A stretch of DNA of 47,324 nucleotides, from contig DRFQ01000001.1 of assembly GCA_011050465.1 (NCBI GenBank), positions 180,860 through 228,183 of the forward strand, given 5' to 3'. Both the position numbers and the translations under genes were made by a program. This DNA is from Candidatus Nealsonbacteria bacterium. GTDB lineage: Bacteria > Patescibacteriota > Minisyncoccia > Minisyncoccales > RBG-13-36-15. Shown here piece by piece: positions 1 to 7,906 of this stretch (within the stretch, counting starts at the first letter, position 1; each line of letters starts with the position of its first letter). The notes beneath the pieces are model-generated. The model had not been told where the DNA came from. It searched no databases and was given only the letters and a program-made list of their open reading frames with translations.

Positions 1-5
1 GTCAA

Positions 6-908
6 TTGAGCAATAATAAACTTTTTTTACATCAAGAGAAGGAACAGAAATTTGATTTTTCTCTTTTCAGTGTCTTACAAGGAAATGCCATGCTGGGTGT
101 TTCTACGCCGGTAAATATTTCTCCCCAAGTTTTAGGAGCTTTGGCAGAAGGAAATTCTAGCAGCTTGCCAGAGACAAGAGACGAAATTCTTGAATACATC
201 GTTCAGTCGGGCGACACCTTGTCTGGTTTGGCCGAAAAGTTTGATATTTCCTTAAATACCATCGTTTGGGCTAATGATCTTTTGAAGGATTCTAATCTTC
301 AAATTGGCCAAAAGCTGGTTATCTTACCGGTTTCTGGGTTAATCCATCACGTAAAAAAGGGAGAAACAATAAGCGGTATAACTGCATTGTATAAGGCGGA
401 AACTGACGCAATCATATTGTTGAACGATCTTTCTGGGGACGGAGATATTGTTGTGGGAGATATTTTAATTATTCCGAACGGCCAAAAGCCTTCTTTGTCA
501 AGCTATATACCAGTGCCTGCCCAGATGCCGTTAGCTTCAAGTTATTTTATCTGTCCCATTACATCTCCCTGCGGGATAAGCCAGGGACTTCATTGGTACA
601 ACGCCATAGACTTTACCAATGGACAATGCGGTGAACCAATTTATGCCGCAGCTCAGGGAACAGTATTAAAGGTAAAATATGGCTGGAACGGCGGGGCAGG
701 AAATTATGTAAGTCTTTTACATCTTAATGGGATAGTAACAATGTATGGCCACTTAGCTTCAATGTTAGTTAGCCCGGGGCAAGAAGTTTCGCAGGGTCAA
801 ATGATAGCGAAAATGGGCGGAAAGCCCGGAACACCCGGAGCCGGCACATCTACTGGCTGCCATGTTCACTTTGGAGTTCGTGGCGCCAGAAATCCGTTTA
901 GTAGATAG
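6..908 (+). CDS. LysM-repeat / M23-family (LytM-like) peptidoglycan endopeptidase; the true 5' end may lie upstream of the window
   Basis: Two LysM-like repeats (YIVQSGDTLSGLAEKFDISLNTIVWAN; HHVKKGETISGITALYKAETDAIILLN) followed by M23-type motifs (HWYNAIDF, MYGHL, CHVHFGV). The frame is open to the window edge. Confidence 0.85.
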   Translation: MSNNKLFLHQEKEQKFDFSLFSVLQGNAMLGVSTPVNISPQVLGALAEGNSSSLPETRDEILEYIVQSGDTLSGLAEKFDISLNTIVWANDLLKDSNLQIGQKLVILPVSGLIHHVKKGETISGITALYKAETDAIILLNDLSGDGDIVVGDILIIPNGQKPSLSSYIPVPAQMPLASSYFICPITSPCGISQGLHWYNAIDFTNGQCGEPIYAAAQGTVLKVKYGWNGGAGNYVSLLHLNGIVTMYGHLASMLVSPGQEVSQGQMIAKMGGKPGTPGAGTSTGCHVHFGVRGARNPFSR

Positions 909-964
909 GCATTAACCTTAATATCTTTTGCCAATGTAAAAAGCCGATAAACTCGGCCTTTTTT

Positions 965-2524
965 TTATCGCTCTTCTCTTATTCTATACATTAAAGCTTC
1001 AGCCACATGTTCAGTTAAAATATTTTTTGAATCTGCCAAATCGGCAATAGTTCGAGCTACTTTTAAAACCCGATGATAACCACGAGCTGAAAGCTGGCCC
1101 GAATCTACAGCCTTCCTTAGAAGATTGCCAGCCTTACTATCAACTTGACAATATTGTTTAATCTGAGGGATCCTTATTTCAGAATTAGTTATAACTCCAT
1201 CTTTGTTAAATCTTTCTTTTTGTAAAATTCTAGCCTTCTCGACCCTTTCTTTGATTTTAGAACTACTTTTTTCTGAATTTTCTTGGATTAGTTTTTCGTA
1301 CTTTAATTGAGGAACTTCAATAAAAAGATCTATTCTATCAATCAAGGGGCCCGAAAGTTTTCTTCGATATTTTTGGACCTGAGAACTTTGGCACTGACAT
1401 TCCTTTTCCGGGTCGTTTAAATAGCCGCAGGGACAAGGGTTGGAAGCTCCAACCAGAATAAAGTTGGCTGGGAGGGCTAAAGAATGTCTCGCCCTCAAAA
1501 TAGAAATTTCCCCTTCTTCAATCGGCTGCCGCAGGCTTTCCAAAACATCACGGTGGAATTCTGGGAATTCATCTAAGAATAAAACGCCCCGATGAGCCAG
1601 GGTTATCTCGCCTGGCCTTGGAGGATTACCACCGCCGATTAAAGCAGCCTCTGAAGAGGCATGATGAGGAGCGCGAAAAGGCGGTAAGTTTATTAAAGGT
1701 TTCTCTTGAGGTAGAATGCCAGTTATACTATAAATCTTAGTTACTTCTAAAGCCTCTTCAAAAGAAAGAGAAGGCAGAATTGAGGGAATAGCTTTGGCTA
1801 GTAGCGTTTTCCCGGCCCCAGGAGGGCCAATCATAAATAAATTATGAGCGCCAGCAGCTGCAATTTCTAAAGCTCGTTTGGCATATTCTTGGCCCTTAAT
1901 CCAGGCTAAATCAACCGGATAATCTATGTCTTTTGAAAGTCCCTCAATTCTTGTTTCGGTTGGCAAAATTTCTTTTCTTCCTTCTAAATAATCCACCGCT
2001 TCTTTCAAATTTTCTATTCCGATGACCTTTATTTTTTTTACTTTATTAGAGGTTGATTCTCTAGCGGGGTTCACCAGGGCTGCCTCTGCAGCGTTAGCTT
2101 TTGGCAAAATTATTTCTTTCCAACCCTGTTCTTTGGCCGTCAGGGCAATAGAAAGTACTCCCCTTGTCGGCCTTAATTTGCCATCTAAAGCTAATTCTCC
2201 AAGAAAAATTTTATTTTCAGGATTAAATTTAGTCTGTTTTGAAGCCAAAAGATAGCCCAAAGCAATAGGAAGGTCGTATAATGAGCCCTCTTTTTTTAAA
2301 TCAGCTGGAGCTAAATTAACTAAAATACGATGAGGTTGTTGATGGGGCGAAGAGAACTTAATGCTTTTTATTGCCGCCCCCACTCTTTCTTTTGATTCCT
2401 CTACTGCTTTGTCTGGCAAGCCGACAATACTAAAATTCCTTAACCCATAAGAAACATCTGTTTCTACTTCAACAATTTGTGCATCAAGTCCAACGATGGC
2501 TGCTGAATAAACTTTAGAAGGCAT
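965..2524 (-). CDS. YifB/ComM-family Mg-chelatase-like AAA+ ATPase
   Basis: Lon-like N-terminal domain, Walker A GPPGAGKT, Walker B LFLDEFPEF, a Cys-rich insert and the C-terminal helical domain typical of YifB/ComM. Confidence 0.9.
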   Translation of the reverse strand: MPSKVYSAAIVGLDAQIVEVETDVSYGLRNFSIVGLPDKAVEESKERVGAAIKSIKFSSPHQQPHRILVNLAPADLKKEGSLYDLPIALGYLLASKQTKFNPENKIFLGELALDGKLRPTRGVLSIALTAKEQGWKEIILPKANAAEAALVNPARESTSNKVKKIKVIGIENLKEAVDYLEGRKEILPTETRIEGLSKDIDYPVDLAWIKGQEYAKRALEIAAAGAHNLFMIGPPGAGKTLLAKAIPSILPSLSFEEALEVTKIYSITGILPQEKPLINLPPFRAPHHASSEAALIGGGNPPRPGEITLAHRGVLFLDEFPEFHRDVLESLRQPIEEGEISILRARHSLALPANFILVGASNPCPCGYLNDPEKECQCQSSQVQKYRRKLSGPLIDRIDLFIEVPQLKYEKLIQENSEKSSSKIKERVEKARILQKERFNKDGVITNSEIRIPQIKQYCQVDSKAGNLLRKAVDSGQLSARGYHRVLKVARTIADLADSKNILTEHVAEALMYRIREER

Positions 2525-2558
2525 TGATTTAATTATAACAGATACTAAATAGAAGGAA

Positions 2559-2583
2559 ACAAAAAAAGGCCCATCGCTGGGCA
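2559..2583 (-). terminator. Intrinsic terminator downstream of the 2652-3050 gene
   Basis: On the minus strand, GCCCA-gcga-TGGGC followed by CTTTTTTTG. Confidence 0.55.
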
Positions 2584-2651
2584 GCTTTTATTTAAAATAA
2601 GCTTGTTTTTTAAAGGTAAAAAAGTGATAGTTTTGAAGCTTTATATGATTA

Positions 2652-3050
2652 TTATAAATAAGACGTTCTTGCTCTTGGAGCGTGAGGAGGGTCAGGATTT
2701 CGTCTTGTGGTTATAACTCTATTTTTGCACTCAGGACATTCACCATAAGCAGGGTTACCTAAAGGATGCATTCTTATAGTATCCTTGTTTTTGTCCCAAC
2801 AACGAGAACAGAAAGGACCTTCTCTTTGATCATTGTCTTTTTTAACCCAATAACAATTATTTTCGTAAAACAAACTTTCTTTAATTCTCAGCTTTTCTTC
2901 TAAGTTTTTAATCTTTTCTTCTGAATTATTTAGTTCTTTTTGCATTTCCAAAAGTCTTTTTTGTGCTTCAAGGATTTGTTGATATTGTTCAATTTTTCCA
3001 GCTTCTTGAAGAACTTTCCCTATAGATTTTAATTCATCAAAAATTGCCAT
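2652..3050 (-). CDS. Hypothetical coiled-coil protein with a C-terminal 4-Cys zinc ribbon
   Basis: 132-aa ORF. The N-terminal half is heptad-like and E/K/L-rich. The C-terminus has CSRC...CPEC. Confidence 0.6.
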   Translation of the reverse strand: MAIFDELKSIGKVLQEAGKIEQYQQILEAQKRLLEMQKELNNSEEKIKNLEEKLRIKESLFYENNCYWVKKDNDQREGPFCSRCWDKNKDTIRMHPLGNPAYGECPECKNRVITTRRNPDPPHAPRARTSYL

Positions 3051-3074
3051 GTTTTTTATTAAATTCTTTTCTTT

Positions 3075-3083
3075 ATTCTACCA
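3075..3083 (-). promoter_or_regulatory. Extended -10 promoter element TGGTAGAAT (minus strand)
   Basis: TGGTAGAAT lies 24 nt upstream of the ATG at 3050. The identical 9-mer recurs upstream of the 3785-4171 gene. Confidence 0.45.
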
Positions 3084-3112
3084 AAAAACCGTCCAAAAGG
3101 CGATCAAACCCT

Positions 3113-3159
3113 CACCTCCATCTCAAATTTAAGGTAATTAGTAGACCACGGTACATGGC
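3113..3159. repeat. Miniature copy of the 5985-6215 element (shares both flanking arms, lacks the G+C-rich core)
   Basis: CACCTCC..TCAAATTTAAG and CCACGGTACATGGC match 6005-6022 and 6178-6194. They are 13 nt apart here versus about 155 nt in the large copy. Confidence 0.6.
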
Positions 3160-3170
3160 TTCTCCAAATT

Positions 3171-3779
3171 TTAACAACCGAAATCTCCTTCAATTGGACA
3201 TCCTTGAGAATTATCCTTTATTTTTGGAACACCCGGTTCTTTACCGCTTGCAATATAATCTTCAACATTTGTTGTATCCCACTCATGTTCGTGATTCCAT
3301 AAATTCCAAAAGTGTTTCCACTCATTCCAACCTATTCCAAGATGTTTTACATAAATACCATTTTCAGCGAGCAATTTCCCAATTTTTCTACCAGTCATAC
3401 ACGGCATACTATAGCAATAGACAATAATTTCTTTGTCCTTCGGCAGTTTTGAAAACTCCCCAAGAATTCTATCTATATCGCCATAAGCTGAGGTATCCGG
3501 GTCTTTGTAGGCAGGTATGTTTATTGCGCTCATTATATGTTCTTTTTCATATTCTTCTTGGCTTCTTAAATCAACAAGAACAAAGTCATTAATTCCTTTA
3601 TCCATTTTCCCTCGTAAGCCATGAGGACTGACATGAACCGCATTTTCAGTTAGATAAAAATCTTTTATAAGTTCATTTTGGCTCGGGGATTGATACTTTA
3701 AAACTAAAAATCCAGCTAACGCTCCGGATATTGCGCCAACAATTATTGCAAAAACTATGATTTGAGTTGATGGCCTCAT
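3171..3779 (-). CDS. Membrane-anchored rhodanese-domain sulfurtransferase-like protein
   Basis: N-terminal TM helix. Rhodanese fold motifs (VLVDLRSQEEYEKEHI, active-site loop CYSMPCMTGR). Confidence 0.75.
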   Translation of the reverse strand: MRPSTQIIVFAIIVGAISGALAGFLVLKYQSPSQNELIKDFYLTENAVHVSPHGLRGKMDKGINDFVLVDLRSQEEYEKEHIMSAINIPAYKDPDTSAYGDIDRILGEFSKLPKDKEIIVYCYSMPCMTGRKIGKLLAENGIYVKHLGIGWNEWKHFWNLWNHEHEWDTTNVEDYIASGKEPGVPKIKDNSQGCPIEGDFGC

Positions 3780-3784
3780 ATTTA

Positions 3785-4171
3785 TTATTTTAATTCACAA
3801 TCGCCATATTGACTTAATTGTTCAAGAGATAGCTTGCCCTCAATTTTTTGACCGTCTTGAAATTCCCAGGTTGGATAGGCCTTTACATTATTCTGTTGAC
3901 ATATAAGTTTTTGGCCAGCCTGATTGGGAAGCGAGCATTCAATATAATTTATATATTTCCAACTATTGCCGAATATTTCTTTCTGGTCATTGCAATAAGG
4001 GCACCAGTATGCACCATACATTTTTATCTCATTATCACTAAGACACTTCGCGAAGGCATCATATTTCCCAGGTTCATTATCCGTCCTGTTGAAAGCAAAA
4101 ATAGCCAAAAGAATTATGGCGACTATTATTCCGCTAATGAAAATTGATTTTGAAATTTTCATATATTTCAT
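3785..4171 (-). CDS. Membrane-anchored thioredoxin-fold protein (VKOR-partner-like Trx domain); an alternative start at 4162 is likely
   Basis: TM helix plus YGAYWCPYCNDQKEIFG (CxxC). The TAGAAT -10 box overlaps the first ATG, which favours the ATG at 4162. Confidence 0.75.
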   Translation of the reverse strand: MKYMKISKSIFISGIIVAIILLAIFAFNRTDNEPGKYDAFAKCLSDNEIKMYGAYWCPYCNDQKEIFGNSWKYINYIECSLPNQAGQKLICQQNNVKAYPTWEFQDGQKIEGKLSLEQLSQYGDCELK

Positions 4172-4178
4172 TCTACCA
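4170..4178 (-). promoter_or_regulatory. Extended -10 promoter element TGGTAGAAT (minus strand), probably giving a leaderless mRNA
   Basis: TGGTAGAAT-gaaatat-ATG(4162). No Shine-Dalgarno sequence. Confidence 0.45.
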
Positions 4179-4357
4179 AAAAATCGCCTTTTTACCCCCT
4201 AAAACTTTGTGGAATAAAACTTAGGAGGGCTTGACGATTTTGTTGGCTTTGATGATGAATGTGTCAAATCAGCTTTTAAACAATTATACGGTGAAACCAT
4301 CTGCTTTGACTTTCCAGGGATTGAAGCACTAAAACACGGGTAAATTTTTGTAAATAT

Positions 4358-5695
4358 TCATTGAAGAAGCTTTGCTAATTTTTGATTTTCTCTTGCAGAA
4401 GTAATAATCCTGGAAATAGATATTAAATTGGAAATTAAGGCAATTAATATTAATGTAGGAAATATTAAACCTGTTATTCCGGCGAACATAATAAGAAGAA
4501 GCCTTCCTGGTCTTTTAAATTTAGGCCCATACCACACAAGGTTACGATTTATTATGTCGCGATGTTTGGCAGGTAGATAATTAAGAAGCGCAAGCCCCAT
4601 GACCGTAAATGCTGCAATAGGCCAAACTAATGAATTTTGACTAATTGTCCAATAGCCGTAAGCCATGCCAATTACAATTAACATATCTATATAACGATCA
4701 AATACATCATCAAGCCAGGCACCAAATTTACTTGATAAAAACTTGAGCCTTGCAATTTCTCCGTCACAGCCGTCGGTAATCGAAGTCATCTGGGCCAATA
4801 TCCCTCCCATAAAGATCCAAGGGAAGCCCCCTTTCGCAAAAAGAAGGGCAGATGAAATTCCAAGCACTAAATTGAGTATAGAAATTTGATTAGGAGTAAG
4901 TCCGGTTTTTACTAAGTATTTTGAAATAAATATAGAAATTTTTCGATTAATTATTTTTGATACAATACCATCCTCGGATTTATTGAGATTTTTAAGAAGT
5001 TTGTTTTCTGCAAACTTAATATCTGCATAAGTATCACAGTCTGACCAAAATCTGCCCTTAATGTTAAACGCCCTCAATTTTCCTTCTTTTGCAATAACTC
5101 TCATTCCATTAGTCAATGAATTTTTATGATTCGAGATAGTTTCTCTTAGAACTTTAAAAATATAGGGAGAGCATAAAAACATTCCGGTATCGTAAGCGTT
5201 ATAGACATCAAGGCCCTTGTTTATTGAGGTAATTTTATTATTTTTAACTAAAACTTTTGTGGTATCATCTATGTCTAAAACAGAGTCCAAATTTTTATCT
5301 ATAACTAGAGCACATTCGTCTTTTTTTAATTTTATCCTTTTAAGCTTAAGGAGTGTCTGCCAGTCAAAGACGTGATCAGACATTAGAAGAATAAAATTTT
5401 CCTTAAAATAACCCTTCGCTTTAAAAACAGAGATTCCATTTGCCTTCTCCCATTTATTATTCTGAACATAAGTGATCGAAATACCAAAGCGACTTCCGTC
5501 ACCGATAGCTTCTTTAAGCTCTTTTCCTTTATAGCCAGTAATAATTACGAACTCAAAAATTCCCGCTGCTTTTGCCGCTAAAATTACTCTTTCAATAATT
5601 TTTAAACCAAGCAAATTCATTAGAGACTTATGTCTCCCGCGAGTTACTGGCTGCATTCTTGTGCCATTGCCGGCTGCAATAATTAATGCTTTCAT
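4358..5695 (-). CDS. Bifunctional sugar-phosphate nucleotidyltransferase / CDP-alcohol phosphatidyltransferase
   Basis: N-terminal MKALIIAAGNGTRM (NTP-transferase G-loop). C-terminal DGCDGEIARL...G..LDDVFDRYID (CDP-OH_P_transf motif) and multiple TM helices. Start moved to the MKAL methionine. Confidence 0.85.
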   Translation of the reverse strand: MKALIIAAGNGTRMQPVTRGRHKSLMNLLGLKIIERVILAAKAAGIFEFVIITGYKGKELKEAIGDGSRFGISITYVQNNKWEKANGISVFKAKGYFKENFILLMSDHVFDWQTLLKLKRIKLKKDECALVIDKNLDSVLDIDDTTKVLVKNNKITSINKGLDVYNAYDTGMFLCSPYIFKVLRETISNHKNSLTNGMRVIAKEGKLRAFNIKGRFWSDCDTYADIKFAENKLLKNLNKSEDGIVSKIINRKISIFISKYLVKTGLTPNQISILNLVLGISSALLFAKGGFPWIFMGGILAQMTSITDGCDGEIARLKFLSSKFGAWLDDVFDRYIDMLIVIGMAYGYWTISQNSLVWPIAAFTVMGLALLNYLPAKHRDIINRNLVWYGPKFKRPGRLLLIMFAGITGLIFPTLILIALISNLISISRIITSARENQKLAKLLQ

Positions 5696-5907
5696 GGTTT
5701 TTAAATCAAAAATAAAAAGGCTGAGAACACGCATTCAATTGGCCTAAACCGCTCTATCTATTATCCCGATCTTGGAGAAAAGTTACAGCACCCCTTCGAT
5801 TCATCGCCAGATTAATCGATCGTTATTCTCGCAAGGTGGGATTGGTTGGTCAACGAGCAGTTTGTGTCGTCCACTTGTTTGCTTGGTTCCCCAACCTAAT
5901 TCATTTC

Positions 5908-5936
5908 AATATAGCTTAAATTTGGATTTGTGTCAA
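5908..5936 (-). promoter_or_regulatory. Sigma-70-like promoter (TTGACA-17-TATATT) on the minus strand
   Basis: Reverse complement reads TTGACA caaatccaaatttaagc TATATT. It would give a leader of about 200 nt before the ATG at 5695. Confidence 0.5.
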
Positions 5937-5984
5937 TAGGAAACTCTACTGATAAATGGAGCAGTTTATCCTCTTAAACGAGAC

Positions 5985-6215
5985 TCGAACCCCAAAACTC
6001 TCGTCTTCACCTCAAATTTAAGCCAATGGTTCGGCGAGGGGTCTTGACTGAGCAGGTTCGTCTTGAGTTCACTGCCGAAGGGCTCGGCGAAGTCCTCACC
6101 ATAATCCCCTTCGACGGGCTCCCGCCCCTTCGGGGCGAGCCTCGCTCCTGCTGCCAGGGGCGGCAGCAAGTTTAATAGGCCACGGTACATGGCCTATTAA
6201 AGGGGGCAACTCTCT
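5985..6215 (-). other. G+C-rich, highly structured intergenic element (candidate ncRNA or mobile insert); strand uncertain
   Basis: Runs of strong hairpins (AATAGGCCA-tgtaccg-TGGCCTATT, GCTGCC/GGCAGC, GGCTCGCCCC-GAA-GGGGCGGGAGCC, GCCGA/TCGGC) and a degenerate T-arm-like GGGGTTCGAGTCTCG. It lies between a terminator and a promoter. Confidence 0.4.
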
Positions 6216-6220
6216 TTGGG

Positions 6221-6252
6221 AACAAAAAGGCCTCTGACTGGTGTCTGAGGCC
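6221..6252 (-). terminator. Intrinsic terminator of the 6306-6698 gene
   Basis: On the minus strand, GGCCTCAGAC-acca-GTCAGAGGCC followed by TTTTTGTT. Confidence 0.65.
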
Positions 6253-6305
6253 TGTGATGCGTATTGTTTCTGTGATGGATATGGTATGAAATACCGTATA
6301 TGAGA

Positions 6306-6698
6306 CTAGTACTTTCCTTTCAACCCGAATCCTTGTGTTAAGAAATCTCTTTCTTCTTTGATTCTTCTTTTTTCCTCTCCTGTTTTGGCTCGATGCTCTT
6401 CCATTCTCATCTTTTTAAGTTCACTTATGGCATTACTTCTTGAAATAAAGCCTCTATCTGTACTCCACGGAAATCTTTTATCTAACATTTGATCTATTTC
6501 CCGTTTTTTGTAATATTTGCTTCCGCTACCAGGAATTAAACGTGACTGGCTGAGCTTTTTTTTTGCGTTACCCTTTTGCCAATTTCTCTTTTCGTCAAAA
6601 AAACTTAGGGGACCAGAGGGTTTTTTCTGTTTTTTTACAGTAGGCCTTAAAACAGTAGGCCTCAAAAAAGATGGTTTTGATCCTAAGGTGTTCTTCAT
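6306..6698 (-). CDS. Hypothetical highly basic protein
   Basis: 130-aa ORF, K/R-rich, with no recognisable motif. Bracketed by a terminator and an intergenic region. Confidence 0.5.
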   Translation of the reverse strand: MKNTLGSKPSFLRPTVLRPTVKKQKKPSGPLSFFDEKRNWQKGNAKKKLSQSRLIPGSGSKYYKKREIDQMLDKRFPWSTDRGFISRSNAISELKKMRMEEHRAKTGEEKRRIKEERDFLTQGFGLKGKY

Positions 6699-6987
6699 GA
6701 TTTTGAATTACAACCAGTAAATTTTACCGATTGGCTTTAATTCTTTTTTGGGGTCATTTCTGAAATCAATCCTATGATCATTTGGTTATCCTATATTTAT
6801 TTTAACACAAAAACCGCTTTCTTGGCAATTTTTTAATACTAAGGCCGCTTGGTGAACCAGATTAGAACCTTTTGGGTGAATAAAAAGGCGACTCGAGAAG
6901 AATGAGAGCTACCTGCGACCTATATCTGTACGAGATGTTTTGGCTTCGCTTAGACTATAGAGAGACAGAACTACTTGACCAGTCGGC

Positions 6988-7015
6988 TTGACTTATTTTG
7001 AATAACGAGTATAAT
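6988..7015 (+). promoter_or_regulatory. Sigma-70-like promoter TTGACT-16-TATAAT
   Basis: TTGACT (6988-6993) and TATAAT (7010-7015). Confidence 0.55.
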
Positions 7016-7021
7016 GATACT

Positions 7022-7200
7022 AGACTTATAAGTCGAGTTATCTTAAAGTAAGTCTTTGATAGTTTCAAAGAATTAACGAGGGCTCAAATAAGTAGAGCGA
7101 CTTAAGAGTTATCCTTTGAGGCTTTGACTGAGATCAGCCGAAGTCCAGGCTCAGGATAATCCCGAGCAATATCGAAGGGTTATAAAGGTCGCTTTTTCTT
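7022..7200 (+). promoter_or_regulatory. Structured leader or small RNA upstream of the zinc-ribbon ORF (unclassified)
   Basis: A domain of about 90 nt is closed by AGCGACTT / AAGGTCGCT and followed by TTTTTCTTTT. It holds nested helices (TTATCCT/AGGATAA, AGACTTA/TAAGTCT). Confidence 0.35.
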
Positions 7201-7222
7201 TTAATATAATTTAATTCAATTC

Positions 7223-7405
7223 ATGGCTTTCAAAAAATTTGAATCCAATAGAGGAGATTTTCCCAGAAAAATGTATCAAGGGGATTGGAAATGTTCTGAA
7301 TGCGGCACCGCAATAACTGAGCTTCCATTTGAACCATCTGGAGATAGACCACTCTATTGTAGAGAGTGTCACGCTAAACGAAGAAACCAAAGCTTCGGAC
7401 GCTAA
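7223..7405 (+). CDS. Small CxxC...CxxC zinc-ribbon protein
   Basis: 60 aa with WKCSECG...LYCRECH and a basic C-terminus. Followed by a strong terminator. Confidence 0.65.
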   Translation: MAFKKFESNRGDFPRKMYQGDWKCSECGTAITELPFEPSGDRPLYCRECHAKRRNQSFGR

Positions 7406-7413
7406 TCTAGTAT

Positions 7414-7453
7414 AAAAAAAACCGAGCACATAGTTTATGTGCTCGGTTTTTTT
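7414..7453. terminator. Bidirectional intrinsic terminator
   Basis: AAAAAAAA-CCGAGCACAT-agttt-ATGTGCTCGG-TTTTTTT, between convergent genes. Confidence 0.8.
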
Positions 7454-7537
7454 ATTGATTCCCTTGGCCGACACAAAAAGACCGTAACAGATAACTTCCG
7501 GACCTTAATTCACATCCTGAGCATCACTACCTACGTC

Positions 7538-7906
7538 TTATTTCCTGCATTTTTGACAGGTCTTAGCTCCGGGATAAGCTTTTAGTCTTTCTAGGTCAAT
7601 AATTTTTTTGCATTTTTCGCATTTACCATAATTGCCTTTTTTTATTTTCTTTAAAGCTGAATTGACCGTCTGAAGCTTTAACTCAAGGCTGGCTTCTATT
7701 GGCAATAAAGTGACATATTCTTCAACTTCATCAGCCGCTTCTTCTAGTCTTTGGCCACCTGTTCCTCCGTTAAAATGCGGATATCGAGTGTTCCAGTTTT
7801 CGGCAGTTTTTTCATCTTTTTTGGCAAACGAAGACAGTTCTTTTTCAAGGTTTTCTTTATCTTTTTCTAATCGTTCTTTAAACTCTTGAATATTTTTTTT
7901 ATCCAT
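7538..7906 (-). CDS. DksA/TraR-family C4 zinc-finger protein
   Basis: Coiled-coil N-terminus and C-terminal CEKCKK...CQKCRK. Confidence 0.75.
   Translation of the reverse strand: MDKKNIQEFKERLEKDKENLEKELSSFAKKDEKTAENWNTRYPHFNGGTGGQRLEEAADEVEEYVTLLPIEASLELKLQTVNSALKKIKKGNYGKCEKCKKIIDLERLKAYPGAKTCQKCRK

Noticed and set aside
2022-2255. Short ORFs antisense to or nested within well-supported genes (2022-2255, 3044-3427, 3848-4147, 6517-6720, 7211-7474, 10973-11403, 19506-20045, 22280-22465, 22899-23213, 28342-28569, 29984-30613, 35436-35630, 39254-39505, 40507-40800, 41434-41864, 43946-44176, 45177-45457, 46147-46550)
   Set aside because: Each lies inside or antisense to a gene with clear family signatures. 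They have no independent start signals, and their translations are low-complexity.
5966-6190. 74-aa ORF on the minus strand
   Set aside because: It coincides with a series of strong G+C-rich hairpins, has no RBS or promoter, and gives a low-complexity translation (AAGARLAPKGREP...). It is better explained as structured RNA or a repeat.
7100-7190. TPP-riboswitch-like (CTGAGA ... GGATAAT) and RNase P P4-like (GAAGTCCAGGCTC) strings
   Set aside because: The ACCC/GGGGT pairing partner of a TPP aptamer is missing, and the downstream gene is unrelated to thiamine. An RNase P RNA would need about 300 more nt of conserved structure, which is occupied by a credible ORF.
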